The notes under the pieces: generated by a model
What the model was told of the DNA's origin: nothing
Seen by the model: the letters and a program-made list of their open reading frames with translations, nothing else
The model's database searches: none
In this document: piece by piece, positions 60,201 through 64,000 of the stretch
Numbering within the stretch: position 1 is the stretch's first letter
How the letters are laid out: every line of letters begins with the position of its first letter
Position numbers and translations under genes: made by a program
Assembly (NCBI GenBank): GCA_963812015.1
Contig: CAWETI010000003.1
Span: 2,080,001 to 2,144,000 of the forward strand
Origin: an uncultured delta proteobacterium
GTDB lineage: Bacteria; Desulfobacterota; Desulfobaccia; Desulfobaccales; 0-14-0-80-60-11
Reading direction: 5' to 3'
Length of the DNA stretch: 64,000 nt

Positions 60201-61153
60201 CGGCCCTGCCGGAAGACCCCGCCCAAAATTTGGTCCGGCGCCACAGCCTGGAACTCATGGAGAAACTTGGCCACAACCCCGGGGACGGCGCGGCCTGGCG
60301 CCAGGCCACCTATCGCATCTTCGCCAGCAAACCCGGCACCTACTCCGCCGGCACCCAACTGGCGGTGTACGCCTCCGCCTGGCAGGAGGAGACGGACCTG
60401 GCCCAGGTCTTCCTCTACTGGAACAGCTATGCCTACGGCAAAGATGTCTTCGGCGCCGAAGCCGCTCCGTCCCTGGCCCACGCCCTGAGCCACGCCTCGG
60501 TGACCTACAACAAGGCCGTCACCGATGAGTACGATCTGTTCGGCTGCTGTTCTTATTTTGGCAACCACGGCGGCCTCACCGCCGCGGCCCGGCACCTGTC
60601 CGGCAAAGAGGTCAAGACCTATTTCGGCGACACCCGGGACCCGGAACGGGTGACGGTGCGCCATTTGTCCGAGGAAATCCGGCGGGTGGCCCGGGCCAAG
60701 CTCTTGAACCCCAAGTGGATCGACGGCATGAAGAACCACGGCTACAAGGGCGCCGGCGAGATCAGCAAACGGGTGGGGCGGGTCTACGGCTGGGAAGCCA
60801 CCACCCAGGAAGTGGATGACTGGATCTTTGACGATATCACCCGGACCTTCGTCCTCAACCCGGAAAACCGGGAGTTCTTCCAGAAGGAAAATCCCTGGGC
60901 CCTGGAGGAGATCGCCCGGCGCCTGCTGGAGGCCGAGCAGCGGGGTCTCTGGCAGGCCGATCCCGAAGTCCTGGCGGAACTGAAGCAGCTCTACGTGGAG
61001 GTCGAAGGCTGGCTGGAAGAAAATATGGGAGAGGCCGCGGGGGGCCATTTTCAGGGTGGGGCCGTGGACGTGGTCACCGCCGACGAGGTGGAAACCTGGA
61101 AAGCGGCCCTGCACAAGACCCTGGGGACAATCTTCACCGGAGGTAAGAAATGA
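57281..61153 (+). CDS. CobN/magnesium chelatase H family subunit
   Basis: [54 protein letters not shown] and RLLEA..RGLW; ATG 57281 overlaps the permease stop (ATGA). Confidence 0.93.
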   Translation: MTDSLIKGVAIMWNAYVPTLVSAAREFPWIDLKVYSHRLVGENPEVLDRALQDMESAQFILLYRTPDAFWESVDQRLKQLADHVPLISTGGDPSLWTLSSVNLEIAANASNYIIRNGLENFRRLLAYLGKEVLGRELEVLPPQELPWEGFYHPRAQGHFERLEDYLAWYRDQGWSQEPLVGMMFSRGDWVTPNLELEDYLIQALEARGLGVIPVFYYSFKDENLGNRSGEEIIRDYFLNHEGRPRIAALIKLTAFLLASRRGTGRDPSTARPGQALLAQLDVPVIQPLTSYYKTTAQWEADPQGLGAEVGWSLALPEFEGVIEPLMVAAGLSHEELGAELIAGRGPIPNRADHLAERLARWVRLRQKTSTARKVAIILHNNPCASVEASVGAGAHLDTLESTARILQTLKRAGYAIENPPADGKELIDTIMGRKAISEFRWTTVEEIISKGGHLALVPEADYRAWFGLLPSTLQARLIEAWGEPPGQAQNGIPAAMVHQGQIVVTGVLFGNAVVCVQPKRGCAGARCDGRVCKILHDPDVPPPHQYLATYHYLDKGFGADVVLHVGTHGNLEFLPGKTVGLSGGCCPDAVLGHLPHLYIYNADNPPEGTMAKRRSYGVLVDHMQTVMTSSGLYDELGELDRLLGEYERLKDLEPGRAHLVEHLILETLEKSRLNQQLSLTPEISFDETVRRIHESLSVLRNTALPDGMHIFGELPQGERRADFLHAILRFPGGGPSWRRLLARLLKLNLEDDESGRAAEAVDQAGRTLISRWLAAPEQNLTSLIREIAPEADLDALESDLAFFDTRLQDLVDRLEASREMEALLRGFAGGYIPPGPSGLITRGRDDVLPTGRNFYTLDPQRVPSRTAWEVGQRLGQALLDKYFTETGEFPENVALFWMANDIMWADGEGMAQIMYLLGVKPRWLSNGRVQGFDIIPLSELNRPRIDVTVRVSGITRDNFPNCVELLDEAIQAVAALPEDPAQNLVRRHSLELMEKLGHNPGDGAAWRQATYRIFASKPGTYSAGTQLAVYASAWQEETDLAQVFLYWNSYAYGKDVFGAEAAPSLAHALSHASVTYNKAVTDEYDLFGCCSYFGNHGGLTAAARHLSGKEVKTYFGDTRDPERVTVRHLSEEIRRVARAKLLNPKWIDGMKNHGYKGAGEISKRVGRVYGWEATTQEVDDWIFDDITRTFVLNPENREFFQKENPWALEEIARRLLEAEQRGLWQADPEVLAELKQLYVEVEGWLEENMGEAAGGHFQGGAVDVVTADEVETWKAALHKTLGTIFTGGKK

Positions 61154-63111
61154 CGCTATCTCGATCTGTATATCCGTTTGGGGCCATCGTCGGGCAGGAA
61201 CGGTTGAAAAAATCCCTGATCCTGAACGCCATCAATCCCCGCCTGGGCGGGGTGCTGATCCGGGGGGAGAAAGGTACCGCCAAGTCCACCGCGGCCCGGG
61301 GCCTGGCGGAGTTGCTGCCTCCCATCCGGGTGGTGGCCGACTGCCCCTTCCACTGTGACCCCGGCGAGCCCGAGCAGTGCTGCGATTCCTGCCGGAAACG
61401 GGGGGTCCAGGACGCCCTGCCCACCCGGGAGCGGCCCATGCCGGTGGTGGACCTGCCCCTGGGCACCACCGAGGACCGGCTCCTGGGAACCATCGACCTG
61501 GAGAAGGCCATCAAGACCGGGGAGAAACATTTTGAACCGGGCATTCTGGCTGCCGCCCATCGCGGCATCCTCTATGTGGATGAGGTCAACCTGCTGGACG
61601 ACCACCTGGTGGATGTCCTCCTGGATGCCGCAGCCATGGGGGTGAACGTGGTGGAGCGGGAGGGTATCTCCTTCACCCACCCGGCCCGGTTCATCCTGGT
61701 GGGCACCATGAACCCGGAAGAGGGCGAGCTTCGCCCCCAACTCCTGGACCGCTTCGGGCTTTGCGTGGAAATCGGCGGGTTAAAAGACCCGCAGGCCCGC
61801 ATGGAGGTGGTGGAGCGCCTCCTGGACTATGAAGAAGCCCCCGAATTGTTTATCAATCAGTGGCAACCGGAGCAGGAACGGCTGCGCCAATCCATCACTG
61901 CGGCCCGGGAGCGTCTGGCGGCGGTAAACTTCGCCAAAGACATGCTGAATCTGATCACCACCATCTGCCTGGATCAGGGAGTGGATGGCCACCGGGCCGA
62001 CATTTATATGCTCAAGACGGCCCGCACCCTGGCGGCCTTCCACGAGCGCCAGGAAGTCACCGAAGACGATGTCCGGGAGGCCGCGGAGCTGGTGCTCCCC
62101 CACCGGCTGCGCCGCCAACCCTTCAGCGAAGCCCAGATGGATCAGGAAAAGCTGGAGGAGAGTATCCGCAAACACCAGCAGCAGCACGAACCGCCACCGC
62201 CATCAGATTCTCCGCCCCCGGAGGAACCTCCTCCCCCTCCCCCATCCGAGACGCCTCCGGGAAGCGGGGAAATTTCCTTTGAGGCCGGCTCCCCCTTCCC
62301 GGTGCGCCCCCTGGACCTGCCCCACGACCGCCAGCCCAAGGAGTCCAAGGGCCGTCGCACCCGGGCCGTCACCAACGACCGCAGCGGCCGTTACGTGCGG
62401 GCGGCCATGACCCCGGCGGGGCCGCCGGACCTGGCCTTGGACGCCACCCTCCGGGCCGCCGCCCCTTATCAGCCCGTGCGGGACAAAGGCAACCTGGCCG
62501 TGGCCATTGCTGAGTCCGATCTGCGTCACAAGGTCAGAGAAAAGCGCATCGGCCACCACATCCTGTTCGTGGTGGACGCCAGCGGCTCCATGGGGGCCAA
62601 TCAACGCATGGTGGAAACCAAAGGCGCCATCCTCTCCCTCCTCCTGGACGCCTACCAGAAGCGGGAGCGGGTGGGGCTGGTGGTCTTTCGGGGGGAGCAG
62701 GCCCACCTGACGCTGCCCTTTACCCACAGCATCGAGCAGGCCCGGAACTGCCTGGAGGACCTCCCCACCGGGGGCAAGACGCCGCTCCCCCGGGCCCTGC
62801 AACTGGCTCACGAAGTGATTCAGCGGGAGAAGCTCAAACATCCTAAGGATGCCTTTCTCCTGGTGCTCATCTCCGACGGCAAACCCAATATCAGCCTGGG
62901 AGGCGGCTCTGCCCTGGCCGACACCCAAGAGATGGCGGCGCATCTCCGGGGCCTGGGCGCCAACTCCCTGGTGCTGGACACCGAGGCCGGGTTCCTCAAT
63001 CTCAGTTGCCTTCCCCAGGTGGCCGCCGAACTTAAGGGAAAATACTACAAAATCGAGGACATCCGGGCCTCAGAAGTCGTGGCCCGCATCGACGAGATCA
63101 TGGTCGGGTAA
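61150..63111 (+). CDS. ChlI/ChlD-type chelatase AAA+ / vWA fusion subunit
   Basis: [46 protein letters not shown], Pro-rich linker, MIDAS DASGSM and SDG. Confidence 0.93.
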   Translation: MTLSRSVYPFGAIVGQERLKKSLILNAINPRLGGVLIRGEKGTAKSTAARGLAELLPPIRVVADCPFHCDPGEPEQCCDSCRKRGVQDALPTRERPMPVVDLPLGTTEDRLLGTIDLEKAIKTGEKHFEPGILAAAHRGILYVDEVNLLDDHLVDVLLDAAAMGVNVVEREGISFTHPARFILVGTMNPEEGELRPQLLDRFGLCVEIGGLKDPQARMEVVERLLDYEEAPELFINQWQPEQERLRQSITAARERLAAVNFAKDMLNLITTICLDQGVDGHRADIYMLKTARTLAAFHERQEVTEDDVREAAELVLPHRLRRQPFSEAQMDQEKLEESIRKHQQQHEPPPPSDSPPPEEPPPPPPSETPPGSGEISFEAGSPFPVRPLDLPHDRQPKESKGRRTRAVTNDRSGRYVRAAMTPAGPPDLALDATLRAAAPYQPVRDKGNLAVAIAESDLRHKVREKRIGHHILFVVDASGSMGANQRMVETKGAILSLLLDAYQKRERVGLVVFRGEQAHLTLPFTHSIEQARNCLEDLPTGGKTPLPRALQLAHEVIQREKLKHPKDAFLLVLISDGKPNISLGGGSALADTQEMAAHLRGLGANSLVLDTEAGFLNLSCLPQVAAELKGKYYKIEDIRASEVVARIDEIMVG

Positions 63112-63122
63112 GGTCTAGGCGG

Positions 63123-63998
63123 CTAAGTCGCGGCCTTTGGCCGGCGCTCCTTCCTGGGTCCCTTGGAGTGGGAAAGCTCCCCGGCGCGGCCTCGTTCCGC
63201 TTTAAGGCGCTCCAGGAGCATGGCGGCGGGCTCAAAGTCCCGGCCTTCCCGGCGGGCCAGTTCGGCTTCGGTGGGCACCAGCTCCCCCCGGAAGGCCTTG
63301 GCCAGGACAGCCTGGGTGAGCTTCTCGGCCCGGGCCGTGGCCATGGCCACCCGCGCCTCGATGGCGTCGGCCAACCGGAACAGGGCCTCCACCCGGCGGA
63401 CGATTTCGTGTTGTTCGGCGAAAGGAGGAAGAGGGATGAACACATCGCTCAAAATGGCAATGTTAATATTTTTCTGGGCCGTAGCCGGAGCAAGTTCCGC
63501 TAAATTGTTGCGGGCCATGCGGACGCAATAATCCGAAAATTTGGGATTACAGAGATTATCGTCGCAAATGAGGCCTACGACGCTATCCGGGAAGCAGGCC
63601 GGATAAGTCAGAATCGCTGAAGCTGCAATGTTCGCCGCAATAGAAATAACCACCGTTCCGGCAGGCCAGAGGCGACTTTGGGCAAGCCCTGCCTCGCTGT
63701 ATGTCTGTTTGTGTGTGGTGATTTCCCCATTTGATTGCGCCACATCTCCGGTTTGAATGAAAGGATAGGGACCACCATAGAGATGTGCCGCATCACGAGG
63801 ACGATGCCGGGATTTGCCGCGATTCAACTCCCCCAGAAATGGGAGACGAACCCATTGCCACTCATCCGGGGTGTCCGAAAGAGTCATACGGTCAACAGAA
63901 CCCGGCTCAAGGTTGGCTGGGGGCCTGTGAACTCTACGACCTTCCAAGGTTGCCTGCTGACATTCCGTCCTGTAAAGGGATTGGCGCTTTTTAGTGAT
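63123..63998 (-). CDS. hsdS: Type I restriction-modification specificity subunit (3' part; frame open to window end)
   Basis: P.EWQWVRL, AQKNIN, IPLPPFAEQHEIVRRVE and AVLAKAFRGELVP; no in-frame stop up to the window end. Confidence 0.9.
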   Translation of the reverse strand: MTKKRQSLYRTECQQATLEGRRVHRPPANLEPGSVDRMTLSDTPDEWQWVRLPFLGELNRGKSRHRPRDAAHLYGGPYPFIQTGDVAQSNGEITTHKQTYSEAGLAQSRLWPAGTVVISIAANIAASAILTYPACFPDSVVGLICDDNLCNPKFSDYCVRMARNNLAELAPATAQKNINIAILSDVFIPLPPFAEQHEIVRRVEALFRLADAIEARVAMATARAEKLTQAVLAKAFRGELVPTEAELARREGRDFEPAAMLLERLKAERGRAGELSHSKGPRKERRPKAAT

Positions 63999-64000
63999 TC

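Overview
A GC-rich bacterial chromosome segment, most consistent with an anaerobic deltaproteobacterium such as Desulfobaccales or Syntrophales. This assignment is inferred from the PxxKW, DUF3568-like, C-GCAxxG-C-C and Zn-ribbon integrase genes. The first 44 kb is mostly housekeeping: pyrE, rluB, trpS, nadK, fdhD, htpX, tlyA, murJ, nth and thrS-infC-rpmI-rplT-pheS without pheT. It is interrupted by small AT-rich inserts and short-period (7-8 nt) repeat arrays. Several arrays form inverted pairs that would bring an upstream stop codon or SD next to a downstream SD-less start codon. A tRNA-Arg(TCT) at 44718-44793 is followed by a tyrosine integrase, a leaderless HTH gene and about 1.4 kb of non-coding DNA. 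Next is a divergent metal/tetrapyrrole locus: exbB-exbD-tonB, plus a 53-aa CCH-capped His-rich peptide missed by the ORF track, on the minus strand; and a TonB-dependent receptor, ABC importer, ABC-2 exporter, CobN-like chelatase and ChlI/ChlD fusion on the plus strand. Both operon leaders, and the region after the peptide, share an unfamiliar AYGAA-loop hairpin overlapping a terminator arm, instead of a cobalamin riboswitch. The window ends inside a type I R-M specificity gene. Best candidates for an undescribed system: (1) a tetrapyrrole import / metal-stripping / macrocycle export / metal-storage module with its own attenuator motif; (2) inverted heptamer 'zippers' that preserve translational coupling across inserts. 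Family assignments come from recognising motifs by eye; no searches were run.
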